A stretch of DNA of 64,000 nt from Spirochaetia bacterium (GCA_963662795.1 OY759746.1:1088001-1152000); one strand, 5' to 3'. Numbered from the stretch's first letter, positions 9,037 through 19,840 are shown. The notes: generated by a model not told the origin, from the sequence alone. Made by a program: numbers and translations.

Positions 9037-10656
9037 TCATTCCAATATAATGTTTTTTTTGTCTATCCAGCCTTCTTCTTCCCTCTCAGGCAGTTTAATG
9101 AGATAAAAACTGTCCTTGCTGTCAAGAATTCTGACTTTGGTTTTTTCCTCAAGTTTTGTTTTTATATTTCCGCCGATTTCCGGGATTGAATAGACAGGGA
9201 CATTACTGCCGCTGTCTGACTTCAGTTCGCCGTATAAAGGCGGGGAAAAGACTAATCTGTAAAATAAAAACAGAGCTGCAGCGGCAGCTGATAAAATTAC
9301 AGGCACAATAAATACTTTTTTCCCTGTTTTCCGGCTGATAAAAAAAACTGCAGGAACCAGTAAAAGGACAAATATAATTACCATTATTTTAATGGCAACT
9401 CTCCCCTGAAACAGGGATGCCGGACTGGACGGTAATATATCGGAAGATACAGGAATATTATACAAAAAATCAATCTCTTTTTTTACCCCCGGCGCTCTTT
9501 TAAAACCCATTCCCGGTGGCAGTTTAAAATAGCTTTCTTCAAACCAGGTAAAATCCGGAATTGTAAGTACCAGTTTTTCAGGGATCAGATTTTTATTTAC
9601 AGGGTTTTTAATTCTTTTGAGCAGACAGGTAGTTTCCCTGTAACCTCTGAATAGTTTTCCTTCCGGAGCTATGTCAGACTGATCTTTAATTAAAGTTATT
9701 TCAGCAAATTCCGGATTATCTGTATAAGGCAACGGAATATTTATTCCAAAAAAATTACCTCTTCCTGTTATTTTAAGCTTAATGACAACAGGCTTGTCAT
9801 CTGAAACTGTATTATCCGATATTTCATATTTATAGATAAAATCGCCGATAGCTCCGGTGCCGCTGTCTGTCCCTGGAGCCTTATCAATAAATACAGGAAT
9901 CCCCTTAAGAACTGTCCGGTAGCCGGCTGACCCTTTGGAAAGAAATATTTCTACATCAGGCAGCAGAGTCTCGCCAGGCTTTATGGCTGTAAAAATATGA
10001 TCATGGAATGAAACATCATAGATTTCTCCGGTCATTACCTTTTTAGCAAAGAGCTGTTTTTCATTTTTTTCTGCTGAGCTTGATATTTTTCTTACATAGC
10101 CTTCCTGTTTTTGCCTGACTGCAGTCTCAATCATCAAATCTGAAGTTTCAATGTTTTCAATAATAAACTGAAGAGGAATAATTTCGCCTGGAAAATATCT
10201 CTCATCAGGAATATTCCACTTTATACTTGGGGGGACTTTATCAAAACGCCCCATTATCTGAAAAGTATTGGCAGCGGTAATAAATACAGGGATTGTCAGA
10301 TGTGTCTTTTCTGCTGTTTTTACTTTAAAGCTTTCAATTATAAACCGTCCCTCTTTCTCAGGAAGAAAATAGTAATCAACAATTGAACCATTTCTTCCCG
10401 GTCTGATGAATGGTCCGTTAACAATTGAAAGCCCCTCAGGAATTGAAGGAGCGGTTATTGAAAATTGTGCAGGTGCCAATTCAGGGATAAGGATGCTTAG
10501 CTTAAACTCTTCATTGACAAGAAAAGATGTTTTTTCAAGTATTATTTGCCCGATATATTGATCGGCCGAGATGTGAAAGTTTAAACCAATAACTAAAAAG
10601 AGCGCGGCTACCAGTCTTTTTTCTTTACGCTCTCCTCTCCTGCAGCATCCTGCCAA
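9037..10656 (-). CDS. BatD-like secreted/membrane protein with C-terminal SH3b-like domain
   Basis: Signal peptide, Ig-like repeats (GAIGDF...LKITGRGN), TM pair, EGWI SH3-like end; position in Bat operon. Confidence 0.7.
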   Translation of the reverse strand: MAGCCRRGERKEKRLVAALFLVIGLNFHISADQYIGQIILEKTSFLVNEEFKLSILIPELAPAQFSITAPSIPEGLSIVNGPFIRPGRNGSIVDYYFLPEKEGRFIIESFKVKTAEKTHLTIPVFITAANTFQIMGRFDKVPPSIKWNIPDERYFPGEIIPLQFIIENIETSDLMIETAVRQKQEGYVRKISSSAEKNEKQLFAKKVMTGEIYDVSFHDHIFTAIKPGETLLPDVEIFLSKGSAGYRTVLKGIPVFIDKAPGTDSGTGAIGDFIYKYEISDNTVSDDKPVVIKLKITGRGNFFGINIPLPYTDNPEFAEITLIKDQSDIAPEGKLFRGYRETTCLLKRIKNPVNKNLIPEKLVLTIPDFTWFEESYFKLPPGMGFKRAPGVKKEIDFLYNIPVSSDILPSSPASLFQGRVAIKIMVIIFVLLLVPAVFFISRKTGKKVFIVPVILSAAAAALFLFYRLVFSPPLYGELKSDSGSNVPVYSIPEIGGNIKTKLEEKTKVRILDSKDSFYLIKLPEREEEGWIDKKNIILE

Positions 10657-11267
10657 AGTGGGACCTCCCCTGAAAACATGAAATCAAGTAATTTATCTGT
10701 GCTCTCTTTTTTAATCCGTCCTTTATTTTTACCATCGCCGTCTGTATCCGAATTCGAATCTGACAATGCAGATTTACCGGCGGCTTTCTTCCTTCTCTCC
10801 TCTTTAAGCATTAAAAGGGAAAGCTCAAGATTCCAGATTAATTTTATATCACTATTATCAATTAGAACAGCATTTTTGAAAAAACCTGCCGCATTTTCAT
10901 AGTCGCCTCCTGCATATGAAATAGAGCCCAGTTCATAGTTTATTCTGAATTCCAGCGATTTGTCTCCCCCATGGACAATAGATCTCAGTTTGTTTTCTGC
11001 GCTCTCCGTTTCACCTATTTCCCTGTAAACCGAGGCAATATTAAAATCAAGATACCTGTCGATACCCTCTTTCTGCCCTGTTTTTTTTGATAAGGATGCC
11101 CTGCCGAAATCCGCAAGAGCTTTTCCGTATTTGCCTTTTTGGGCAGAATATATTCCCGAAAGATTATCATAACAGGCTTTTGGATACGAGCATGAAAAAA
11201 AGAGGAAAAGCAGAGATAAAACAGCGGATAACTTTATAAAACGGTCTGCGGTATTATTACGTGTCAT
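10608..11267 (-). CDS. BatC-like TPR protein
   Basis: TPR-like helices, 'WNLELSL', acidic tail ending KKDW; ATGA overlap with upstream stop. Confidence 0.72.
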   Translation of the reverse strand: MTRNNTADRFIKLSAVLSLLFLFFSCSYPKACYDNLSGIYSAQKGKYGKALADFGRASLSKKTGQKEGIDRYLDFNIASVYREIGETESAENKLRSIVHGGDKSLEFRINYELGSISYAGGDYENAAGFFKNAVLIDNSDIKLIWNLELSLLMLKEERRKKAAGKSALSDSNSDTDGDGKNKGRIKKESTDKLLDFMFSGEVPLWQDAAGEESVKKKDW

Positions 11268-12208
11268 ATAATACCCCGCCATTTAATACCTTTAAGTAAA
11301 AGGGCGGCAAGTAAAATCAATATGCCGGAAGCAGTAAAATATCCTGAAAGATCATTTTCCTCAGTAGTTTCCATTGGAGCCGGGGGGACCTGGATTATCT
11401 CTTTATATGAAAGAACTCTTGCCCCTGGAAGATTCCCCAGTTCTCCAATCATTTTAAAATCAGGAGTTGACAGGATTTCTGAACCTGGAACAGATGCGGC
11501 TGTTTTTCTGTCAGGAGGGATTATAAACAAGGAAATATTATTATCTTTGATCTTTTTACCTATTGCCTGATCCATATCATCAAAGGAACCTTTTTCAGGC
11601 TCTTCCCCGTCTGTAAAAAGATAGATTATTTTCTCTGTCTTTTCATGGAGAGGAAAGGAAGCCAGTGCTTTTGAAAGCCCTTTCCCTATATCTGTTCCTG
11701 CCTGGGAATAAATATCAGAATTGATACCGGAGAGAGAGTCAATAACTGCATTATGTCTGTTTTCCGCAAGAGGAATAAGTGTATACGCCTCTCCTTTGAA
11801 TATTATAATACCGGAACGCCCGGTACTGCGTGAAAAAATTTCCGCGGCAGCTTTTTTACTTTTTTCAAGCCGGCTTTCCCCATCTCCGTCATCAGAGAGC
11901 ATGCTGCGTGAAACATCAAAAACAAAGAGGGTGTCTTTAAGAAAGGCAGATGAAGGCCCGCCGTCCTCTCTTTTGTTTTTTAAAATAACAAATGGAGAAG
12001 CCAGGGACAGGATAATCAGGGATAGCCCAAAGCAGTAAAGAACTGCGAGATAGAAATACTTGATTTTAAAAAGAGATGCCGCCTCTTTTTTTTTCCTGTA
12101 AACTGTAACAGTATAAAAAAAATCAGATCTCTCTGTTCCGGTTTTCAAAGCTGTGAAAAAAATTGCAAGAGGCACCAGTAACAGGAAAAGAATTTCCGGA
12201 TTTTTCAA
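11264..12208 (-). CDS. BatB-like vWA-domain membrane protein
   Basis: MIDAS DVSRSM, SRLEKSK, GTDIG, FTDGE; TTG start overlapping upstream TGA. Confidence 0.8.
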   Translation of the reverse strand: MKNPEILFLLLVPLAIFFTALKTGTERSDFFYTVTVYRKKKEAASLFKIKYFYLAVLYCFGLSLIILSLASPFVILKNKREDGGPSSAFLKDTLFVFDVSRSMLSDDGDGESRLEKSKKAAAEIFSRSTGRSGIIIFKGEAYTLIPLAENRHNAVIDSLSGINSDIYSQAGTDIGKGLSKALASFPLHEKTEKIIYLFTDGEEPEKGSFDDMDQAIGKKIKDNNISLFIIPPDRKTAASVPGSEILSTPDFKMIGELGNLPGARVLSYKEIIQVPPAPMETTEENDLSGYFTASGILILLAALLLKGIKWRGII

Positions 12209-13221
12209 GGCAGCAGCTCCTTTAGAAAATAAACCTTGAGAATCATGGAAAGCAGCAGCATGACTGCACCCGGAATTAAAAACCAATTTGAGAAATCAGC
12301 CTTTTCAATCTCTGTTTCCATTTTCACTTCCGGCCCTTTCAAACCGGCAGCAAGGATACCGAGGTCAAGCTTTCCCGGATTTTCCAAAAAATAGCCGCCC
12401 GTATATTCAGAAATCTGTTCAAGCACAGCAGGATTATAACTTTCAGAAATCTTTCCCCTTACGGCAGATCTTACAGGACCCGGATCAACTACAACATCAA
12501 GGCTGCCGGCTGCGCTTCCTGTCGCAATGCAGCTGACAGGAATCCCAAGTTCAGAAGCCATCAGGGCTGCGTCAAGCGGAGGGAGCTCGCCGTAATTGCT
12601 TCCCCCGTCAGATATAATAATTATTCTTTTCCCTTCAGATTCAGAATTTCTAAGGTAATAAAGGGCAGTCCCAAGAGCTTTGCCCAATGCGGTAGCCTCT
12701 CCGAGTTCCATCACCCCTGCTGATTCAAGACGTTCCCTGAATGCGTCTTTGTCCGGGGTCGGAAGAAGGACTATAGCGGCATCGCTGCCGAAAAAGAGGA
12801 GTCCGGGGTAATCGTTTCCCGATGCCTCTGCAATATCAAGGGCTGCTTCCTTTGCAATTTCAAGTCTTGTTTTACCGTTTTCCTTTATCGCCATGCTTGG
12901 AGAAATATCAAGCAGAATAAAATAATCATCCCCCTTTGCAAGATATTTATCGTTTTTCCTGAGAGCCTGCGGCCCTGAAAGTGAAAATGCAATCAGTATT
13001 ATGGAAAGCATAAAAATCAGGTTTACAGTTTTATGCATAATCCTGCCCAGGATTTCTGCTGTATGAAGGTTTCTGTTTATCCGGCCCTGAGAAACTGCTT
13101 CCGATACACAGACGTCTGACGCAGAGTCAAGGATTCCTCCCCTGCCCCTCCTTTTGCCTGAAAACCAGAAAACAACCAGGGATATCGGAAGAAGAACAAG
13201 AAAAAAAGGATTTTCAAACAC
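12205..13221 (-). CDS. BatA-like vWA-domain membrane protein
   Basis: MIDAS DISPSM, TRLEIAK, TALG, ISDGGSNYG; GTG start with SD aaggag. Confidence 0.82.
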   Translation of the reverse strand: MFENPFFLVLLPISLVVFWFSGKRRGRGGILDSASDVCVSEAVSQGRINRNLHTAEILGRIMHKTVNLIFMLSIILIAFSLSGPQALRKNDKYLAKGDDYFILLDISPSMAIKENGKTRLEIAKEAALDIAEASGNDYPGLLFFGSDAAIVLLPTPDKDAFRERLESAGVMELGEATALGKALGTALYYLRNSESEGKRIIIISDGGSNYGELPPLDAALMASELGIPVSCIATGSAAGSLDVVVDPGPVRSAVRGKISESYNPAVLEQISEYTGGYFLENPGKLDLGILAAGLKGPEVKMETEIEKADFSNWFLIPGAVMLLLSMILKVYFLKELLP

Positions 13222-14173
13222 TGCCGGTATCTCCTTTTTCTCTCTTTTCAATTTTATCTTCCTTATCCAGTGCCAGTGCAAAACTGTAGATTTTTTCAGC
13301 TGTTTCCTTTAATTTCGTCTCGCCTGAAATTGTAAAATCTTCTGCCCCCTCATTTTTCTCAAAAAAACCGTCTGAACAGGCTGATGAACCGGGTGAAAAT
13401 CTAATGGCATCGAGAAATAAGAGTTCATCCGCGGGAGGATGTTCAATAATTTTTACAATCTCTTCTGTTGTTAAGCATGTAATTTTTTTTTCTGTTACAA
13501 TTTCAAGAAACTCTTTCAGTGATTTAACAATTTTACCTGAGACAACTCCGGCAGCTGTTTTACCGTCCCCGGCCTTGTCCCGGAGTGATGCCGCATAAGG
13601 ATTATCCGCAATACTTTCAAGAATCAAAAGAAGTTCTTTTCTGCGGTTTCCCTGTTTCTTCAGATTCAATATTTTGATTAACTTTCCCGGCAGTTTTTTA
13701 ATTATCAGCAGGGATAAAAATAAAGCAGAAATAAAAAGAGCGGCCATAAACGCGAAAAGCATTCTTGTCCCCGGCAGCAGCAGCATCACTCCGGAAGGAT
13801 TTCCCGGATCATCGGGGTTTTGATCAGTCAATGCAGATTCTATCGAAACCGGTATGTGCGAATAAATATATTTACCCGCCCTTATTTCAGGCAGGTATGC
13901 AATTGAAGGGTCAAGCGGAATAAACCAGAGCAGAATTTCTTCTTCATCATAATTCACCCTGATATCGAGAAGATGAAACCATTTGTTGTTTTCTATTGAG
14001 ACAGCACCTGCGTCAGATTTATCAAGATCATCAGACACTGAAATTCTGACAAAACACTTCATACCGGTTTTAATAACTGCCGGATTATAAACAGCTTCCG
14101 TAAACCTGCCGGATTCAAGTGCGCCGGCTGAAACTGCAATAAAAAATACAAAAACCGTTAAAATCTTTCTCAT
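13214..14173 (-). CDS. Hypothetical membrane-anchored protein of the MoxR/Bat operon
   Basis: Signal peptide, central TM, 'LTTEEI' motif; overlaps both neighbours. Confidence 0.7.
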   Translation of the reverse strand: MRKILTVFVFFIAVSAGALESGRFTEAVYNPAVIKTGMKCFVRISVSDDLDKSDAGAVSIENNKWFHLLDIRVNYDEEEILLWFIPLDPSIAYLPEIRAGKYIYSHIPVSIESALTDQNPDDPGNPSGVMLLLPGTRMLFAFMAALFISALFLSLLIIKKLPGKLIKILNLKKQGNRRKELLLILESIADNPYAASLRDKAGDGKTAAGVVSGKIVKSLKEFLEIVTEKKITCLTTEEIVKIIEHPPADELLFLDAIRFSPGSSACSDGFFEKNEGAEDFTISGETKLKETAEKIYSFALALDKEDKIEKREKGDTGSV

Positions 14174-15057
14174 CGTTTCCGCATCTTGAAAAAAATATTC
14201 ATTCTCTCAAATAAATTATCACCGGTTGATATATCAAGCACTTGGATACCGAGCTTTGCCGCCCGGCCTGCAACATTGTCCGCCGGAAAGGTATAAGACG
14301 AAGCGCTGTTCCGCCGGGAAGCAGATCTGTAAAAAAGTTCTCCCCTGCCCGGCTTAACTGCAGGGTCATTATCTAATGCATTAAAAGAAAAACTGAATGA
14401 AGGATTAATCTCAAACGGGTCTGTAATCCTGAAAACAACACAATCGGTACGGGATGAAAGTTTCAGGATTTTTCCCCAGGGTACCTCGCATTGCATATCA
14501 GATATTATAATACAAATACCGTTTTTTCTGAAACTGTCCGGAAGGGCAGAGCATGCCGCGTCAAGATCAGTGCCTGCGAATGCAGGTACAGAATCAAGTA
14601 TTTTTTCCGCAATTGCAAAGACATGATTTCTCCCGGAAGCCGGAAGAATAAGATCTTCCGTTTTCCCCGAAAATAACACAGCTCCTGTTTTATCCCTGTT
14701 AAGGCCTGCGGAAAATCCGAGAAGTGAAGATACTACAGCAGCTGTTTCAAGTTTTGTCTTTCTTCTGTTTTTAAGATTGCCGCCCATTGCCATAGAAGAG
14801 GAAATGTCAACAAGAAGATATAATTCAAGATCCCTCTCCTCCTGAGTTATTCTTGTAAAAGGCTTCCCTGTTTTTGCAAGGGCATTCCAGTCTATCATCC
14901 TGAAATCATCTTCATCTGTATATTCACGCAACCCTGCCAGCTCGATTCCTCTCCCCCTGTAAAGAGACCTGTAGAGGCCGGGAAGCCCCCCGCTCCTGCT
15001 TTTGCGGATAACCAGTTCAATTTTTTTTATTTCAGAAAGAATCTCTTCCCGTTTCAT
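14170..15057 (-). CDS. DUF58 family vWA-like protein
   Basis: GRGIE...LREY...D.RMIDWN...LLVDISSSM. Confidence 0.9.
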   Translation of the reverse strand: MKREEILSEIKKIELVIRKSRSGGLPGLYRSLYRGRGIELAGLREYTDEDDFRMIDWNALAKTGKPFTRITQEERDLELYLLVDISSSMAMGGNLKNRRKTKLETAAVVSSLLGFSAGLNRDKTGAVLFSGKTEDLILPASGRNHVFAIAEKILDSVPAFAGTDLDAACSALPDSFRKNGICIIISDMQCEVPWGKILKLSSRTDCVVFRITDPFEINPSFSFSFNALDNDPAVKPGRGELFYRSASRRNSASSYTFPADNVAGRAAKLGIQVLDISTGDNLFERMNIFFKMRKR

Positions 15058-15059
15058 AT

Positions 15060-16022
15060 TCAGGGAGTTTTTACTGCACCGAGAATTGTTTTAATTACCG
15101 CATCAGAATCAATCCCGTCAGCCTCAGCTTCAAAGCTTCTTATTATTCTGTGCCTTAGAATATCCCCGGCAAGCTCTTTTACATCCTCAGGAAGAACCCA
15201 TTTTCTCTTTTCCAGCATTGCCGTGATTCTTACGCATTTCATAATCCCGATCGACGCCCTCGGTGATGCGCCGTATTCAATATATTTGTTCTTTTTTCTG
15301 GTTTCCCTTACAATGCTGATAATATATTTTTTTATTTCTTCATCCACAGTTACAGCTTCAGCCGCATGGAACAGGGCGGAAATATCTTCGGGATATAATT
15401 TCTCAAACAGCGCCGGAAACTCCTTTTCCCCTTTCTCATGAAGATTAAGTATTTCCATTTCTCCCTCGCCGGATGGATATCCAAGATCAAGTTTCATGAG
15501 AAAACGGTCTGTCTGCGCTTCAGGAAGGCGGTATGTGCCGTCCTGTTCGATGGGGTTCTGGGTTGCAATAACAAAAAAATTATCAGGGAGTTTCAAAGTT
15601 GAATCTCCGATAGTTACCTGCCGCTCCTCCATTGCCTCAAGCAGTGCGGACTGTACCTTTGCAGGAGCCCTGTTGATCTCATCGGCAAGGACAATGCCTG
15701 CAAAAACAGGCCCCTTTCTTACGGTAAATTCCCCTGACTGAGGGATAAAAACCATGCTTCCTGTAATATCGGAGGGAAGAAGATCAGGCGTAAACTGTAT
15801 CCTTGAAAAATCGCTTCCGGAAATCTCTGCCAGAGCCTTTGCTGCACGGGTCTTTGCAAGGCCGGGAACCCCTTCTATAAGGACATGACCCCCCGCAATA
15901 TATGCTGTCATGAGCCGGCTGAAAAGAAAATCCCCGTCAACAATAGTCCGGACAAAGTACTGCCTTGCTTTTTCAAGCCTGTCAAGAACACTTTGTATTG
16001 CCTCTTCCTGTACATTTTCCAT
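15060..16022 (-). CDS. moxR: MoxR family AAA+ ATPase
   Basis: [52 protein letters not shown]. Confidence 0.95.
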   Translation of the reverse strand: MENVQEEAIQSVLDRLEKARQYFVRTIVDGDFLFSRLMTAYIAGGHVLIEGVPGLAKTRAAKALAEISGSDFSRIQFTPDLLPSDITGSMVFIPQSGEFTVRKGPVFAGIVLADEINRAPAKVQSALLEAMEERQVTIGDSTLKLPDNFFVIATQNPIEQDGTYRLPEAQTDRFLMKLDLGYPSGEGEMEILNLHEKGEKEFPALFEKLYPEDISALFHAAEAVTVDEEIKKYIISIVRETRKKNKYIEYGASPRASIGIMKCVRITAMLEKRKWVLPEDVKELAGDILRHRIIRSFEAEADGIDSDAVIKTILGAVKTP

Positions 16023-16046
16023 GACAGTTAACCTCTTTTATTAAAA

Positions 16047-17342
16047 TCAGGATCTGTAATCAGCGTTCTCCCTGACATACCCGTATGACAGGTCTGTACC
16101 ATATACGATTGCGGACCCGGTACCTTTAGTCCCCATTCTGACATCAATATCAACTGTCAGATCATGGGCCGGGAACTCTTTGTGCTCTGAATCAAGCATT
16201 CTTGATTTCAGATATTCAGACAGTCTCACCTCTTTCTCCTGATCAAGCCTGAAAGAGCCTTTTTCAAAAACCACCTCACCGCCAAGCGCTATTACAAGGC
16301 TTTCCGGTGAAGCAGAAGTATCAAGCTCCATGCCGTTGTTTCCCGCATAATCGCCGATGGAGGAAAGAAGGCGACCTACATTGGGATCGTTTCCAAAAAC
16401 AGCTGTTGTTACGAGAGGCGAGTTTACAATTGCCTTGCCTATGCTTCGGGCGGTATTAAAGTCAGAAGCTCCTTCTACATTTACTTTTATGACATGGCCG
16501 GACCCTTCGGCATTTCTTACAATATCGCGCGCAATATCTGAACATACTGAAAGAAGGGCATCTTCAAACACCTGGGGAGAAACTGCGGGTTTTAAACAGG
16601 AACTCATGATCACGACAGTGTCACTTGTGCTCTGGTCGCTGTCAACAGATATGCAGTTATAGCTTTTCTCAACAACCTTCTTTAGTATCTGCCGTAAGGT
16701 ATCCCGTTCAATTGTAACATCTGTCATGATGTATGAAAGCATTGTCGCCATATTGGGCTCTATCATACCCGCCCCTTTGGCAATACCTACAATACGCCCC
16801 TCTCCGACTTCAGCGGAACGGAGTTTGGGGAAAGAGTCTGTCGTCATTATCCCTTTTGCAAGGTTTACCGCGCTCCCCCCTTCCAGGGATGCCACAAGCG
16901 CAGGGATGTTTTTTTCCATTTCCTTAACCGGAAGTCTCCATCCTATTATTCCGGTAGAGGACGGAAAGTATTCATCCGGCGATGTTCCGGTCTCCTCCGC
17001 CAGTTTTTCAAGCAGAGCGAGGGAATCCCTGACGCCTGATTCAATACAGACATTTGCAATTTTATTGTTTATAAGCACGCCGCGAATCCTGCCGGAAGCA
17101 AGCCTCTCCTTCCCCAGGATGACAGGCGCGCCCGGGCATTTATTGCGGGTAAAAGCAGCTCCGAATACCGAAGTCGGCTTATCAAGCATAAGCAGGGACA
17201 TTCTCATCGGCAGCGGCTTCTCTACAGGCCTTTCAGCAGGGAAAAAAGAAAGGGGAAGGACGGCGGTTTTAAATCCTTCCGGCAATTTTCCCCTTTTTTC
17301 CAGTTCAATGATGTATTCTTCTTTAGTGTTATATTTTTCCAT
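16047..17342 (-). CDS. argJ: Bifunctional ornithine acetyltransferase / N-acetylglutamate synthase
   Basis: IMTTD, AKGAGMIEPNMATML (autocleavage site), DQSTSDT, NADYRS C-terminus. Confidence 0.95.
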   Translation of the reverse strand: MEKYNTKEEYIIELEKRGKLPEGFKTAVLPLSFFPAERPVEKPLPMRMSLLMLDKPTSVFGAAFTRNKCPGAPVILGKERLASGRIRGVLINNKIANVCIESGVRDSLALLEKLAEETGTSPDEYFPSSTGIIGWRLPVKEMEKNIPALVASLEGGSAVNLAKGIMTTDSFPKLRSAEVGEGRIVGIAKGAGMIEPNMATMLSYIMTDVTIERDTLRQILKKVVEKSYNCISVDSDQSTSDTVVIMSSCLKPAVSPQVFEDALLSVCSDIARDIVRNAEGSGHVIKVNVEGASDFNTARSIGKAIVNSPLVTTAVFGNDPNVGRLLSSIGDYAGNNGMELDTSASPESLVIALGGEVVFEKGSFRLDQEKEVRLSEYLKSRMLDSEHKEFPAHDLTVDIDVRMGTKGTGSAIVYGTDLSYGYVRENADYRS

Positions 17343-17393
17343 AGTAATAAATACTATATTTAGTTAAAGGCTCAATGTCCACTATACAGAAGA

Positions 17394-19661
17394 TTACCGG
17401 CCGAAAGCTTCAGGATTAATTACAGAGTATTTTCCGTCTGCACCGGCTGCATGTATTTTCCCATCCCTGTAGGTAAGCGCAGTAAGGGGCAGCCCTGTTT
17501 CAGCCTTTTTTAAGGCCTTTCCGGATGCAATATCATAGAGCGTAATTACACCGTCAGGCATTGATGCATAGACTGTTCCCAATTCTCCCCTGCAGAATGA
17601 GTTTACACCTGCCCTCTCGCCCGATGATACGCCGTCTGCTTTAAAAAATTTCAGAATATTACCGGAAAGGACAGCGATGCCGTCACCGGAAGCAATAATT
17701 CCAGGCAGAACGCCCTCACCGGCCGGCTCAAAGCTGCCGCTCCAGAGGAATTTACCTGTTTTTATGTCAACTGCGCTGATGGTTCCAAGGGTACCTGCAA
17801 AGTAGACTGTATCCCGGTCTGCTGCCCCGGTCATTCCAACGGGATTACCCATCGAGACAGGAATTGAAGAAACAGGCGTATCGCCTGCGCCGAATATCTG
17901 CAGGACGCCTTTGTCTGTAACTGTCAGCAGCATATCTCCGGAAGGAAGGGGATTTGAAACTATGGTATCCGGCACTTTTATTTTCCTGGAAAGAGCAAAC
18001 TGTTTGCCGTCAATTTTAAGAACAGAATCCCCGCTGTTTATAAAAATGTTGTCTCCGGCCGCAACAGGTTTCCGGTAAATGGAATTCTCAAGAGTCAAGG
18101 CACCTGACTCCTGCCAGTCTGATGAATCAAGGGCTTTCAGTGTGCTGCCTGAAACAAAGGCAAGCTTTCCGCCGGAAAAAACAGGGCCGTCGTCTAAAGG
18201 TTCAGAAGAGGTATAAACAGTTTTTCCTTCCGATGAAATTACGGAAAAAAGTCCGCTGTCTCCGGCAAGGGCGTAATACCCGCTGCCTGCCTGAGCAATG
18301 GAATCAACCCTTTGAAATCCTGTTTCAAAAGAATAGGGGACAAGAAGGAGCTGAAGGTTAATCCGTCTTTTTTCAGTTACCCCTTTTTTTATATCAATCT
18401 CAAAATCTTCCTGTCTGTACTCTTTTTTCTTTATGCTTACCTTAAGCTTTTCCCCCGGATCAAAACTTCCCCTGTATGTACTTTTAAACGGACCGTTATT
18501 GCCGATGTAAATTTCAGCATCTGATGGAGTCACAGATATTTCAGCATATCCCTTTTCAGGTTCCGCAGGTTCAAGTTTTATAATATATATCTGCCCTGTA
18601 ATTTCGGAAACCGCGATTTCCTTTTCAAACGGAACAAAACCTTCCTTTTCCGCCGTAACTTTCAGGATCCTGTCCCTTGAAAAAAGCGCGCTTACAGAAG
18701 TAAAACCTGCGAAATTATCGTCAAAATATATTTTTGAGCCATCCGGTTCAACCTTGATAATAATCTCGGCAAAATCATCTCCTGCGCCTTTTATAAACAT
18801 GGAATCTGTTATTTTAAGTTTCCCGCTGTTTTCAGGGCTCATCTCTTTTACAGCAAGAACAGCCTTTTCAGCTTCTGCCGATACAGCGGCTGCAGCCTGC
18901 CGCAAAAGAGCTGAAGCGTCTTCAGCTGAAATTTTTTCTGTTTTCAGATCATCTGCCGTCTTTTCCGCTTCAGCGAGTGTAAGCCTTACTTTATCAAGTG
19001 AGCCCGGATCAAGTGTTATTTCATTTCCCGCCTCTACAAGTGGAAAGTTTTCCTCAACAGCCCTGAGGACAGCGGCAATATCACCGTTCCCTGTATCTAA
19101 TTTCTCTTTTAGTCTTTCAACTTCATCCGGATAAGGGAGCAGCTGGATTGACCCCGATCTTACGGCAAGCATCGGGCTCCCCCCGGCTGTTTCACCGGAT
19201 GAAACGAGGAACTCCGTACCGCGCACACCGAATGCTGCGGATGCTGTTTTAACAGTAAATTTTTCATCTGTCAGAAGTTTTTCCACCTTGCTTAAAACTG
19301 TCCCTGATATTAATGAAAAGCCTATATCTGCCCTGTTTTCAAGGGACGACAGCCTGTTTATTGCAAGCTCGGTATCACCTTCCATTCTTATAATACTTTT
19401 ATTGTCTATCAAAAGCTCAAGATAGGAATCAGGCGCTGTCTTTAAAACATTCCCCTGTTTCAGCCTGTCTCCGATAGAAGCAGGAGCTGAAGAGCCGTCT
19501 GACAGTATTGAAGCCTCTCCTGAAATAAATGTAATAACAGATTCAAGTTCCTCTGCAGGAGCAGGAGATTCAGTTTTTTTTCTGCAGGAACTTATCTGAA
19601 AAATAATGAGTATTGATAAAAAAAAATATAAAATTACTGGAAGATAATTTTTTCTGGTCAT
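17394..19661 (-). CDS. Lipoprotein with FecR domain, PEGA repeats and PQQ-like beta-propeller
   Basis: Lipobox ISSC, FecR motif TASAAFGVRGTEF, two PEGA-like repeats (VEPDGSKIY, VTPSDAEIY), propeller with 'DIKTGKFLW'. Confidence 0.75.
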   Translation of the reverse strand: MTRKNYLPVILYFFLSILIIFQISSCRKKTESPAPAEELESVITFISGEASILSDGSSAPASIGDRLKQGNVLKTAPDSYLELLIDNKSIIRMEGDTELAINRLSSLENRADIGFSLISGTVLSKVEKLLTDEKFTVKTASAAFGVRGTEFLVSSGETAGGSPMLAVRSGSIQLLPYPDEVERLKEKLDTGNGDIAAVLRAVEENFPLVEAGNEITLDPGSLDKVRLTLAEAEKTADDLKTEKISAEDASALLRQAAAAVSAEAEKAVLAVKEMSPENSGKLKITDSMFIKGAGDDFAEIIIKVEPDGSKIYFDDNFAGFTSVSALFSRDRILKVTAEKEGFVPFEKEIAVSEITGQIYIIKLEPAEPEKGYAEISVTPSDAEIYIGNNGPFKSTYRGSFDPGEKLKVSIKKKEYRQEDFEIDIKKGVTEKRRINLQLLLVPYSFETGFQRVDSIAQAGSGYYALAGDSGLFSVISSEGKTVYTSSEPLDDGPVFSGGKLAFVSGSTLKALDSSDWQESGALTLENSIYRKPVAAGDNIFINSGDSVLKIDGKQFALSRKIKVPDTIVSNPLPSGDMLLTVTDKGVLQIFGAGDTPVSSIPVSMGNPVGMTGAADRDTVYFAGTLGTISAVDIKTGKFLWSGSFEPAGEGVLPGIIASGDGIAVLSGNILKFFKADGVSSGERAGVNSFCRGELGTVYASMPDGVITLYDIASGKALKKAETGLPLTALTYRDGKIHAAGADGKYSVINPEAFGR

Positions 19662-19840
19662 TGAAAGCCCTCTGGAATTACCTAAAGTACTGAATATACT
19701 TTAAGCAGGTTATTTGCTGCTGATACTGAAAGCATCATGTAACATGTAATTAAAGCAGCGGATGCCTTTGACGCCTTATAACACATTTAAATATAAGTAA
19801 GAAAAAAGCAAATTTCAACCGGATGGATAATTATGACACT

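Noticed and set aside
16726-17367. 213-aa plus-strand ORF and other long antisense ORFs (e.g. 2658-3218, 37084-37515, 46173-46598)
   Set aside because: They are shadows of well-supported genes on the opposite strand, with no motifs or RBS.
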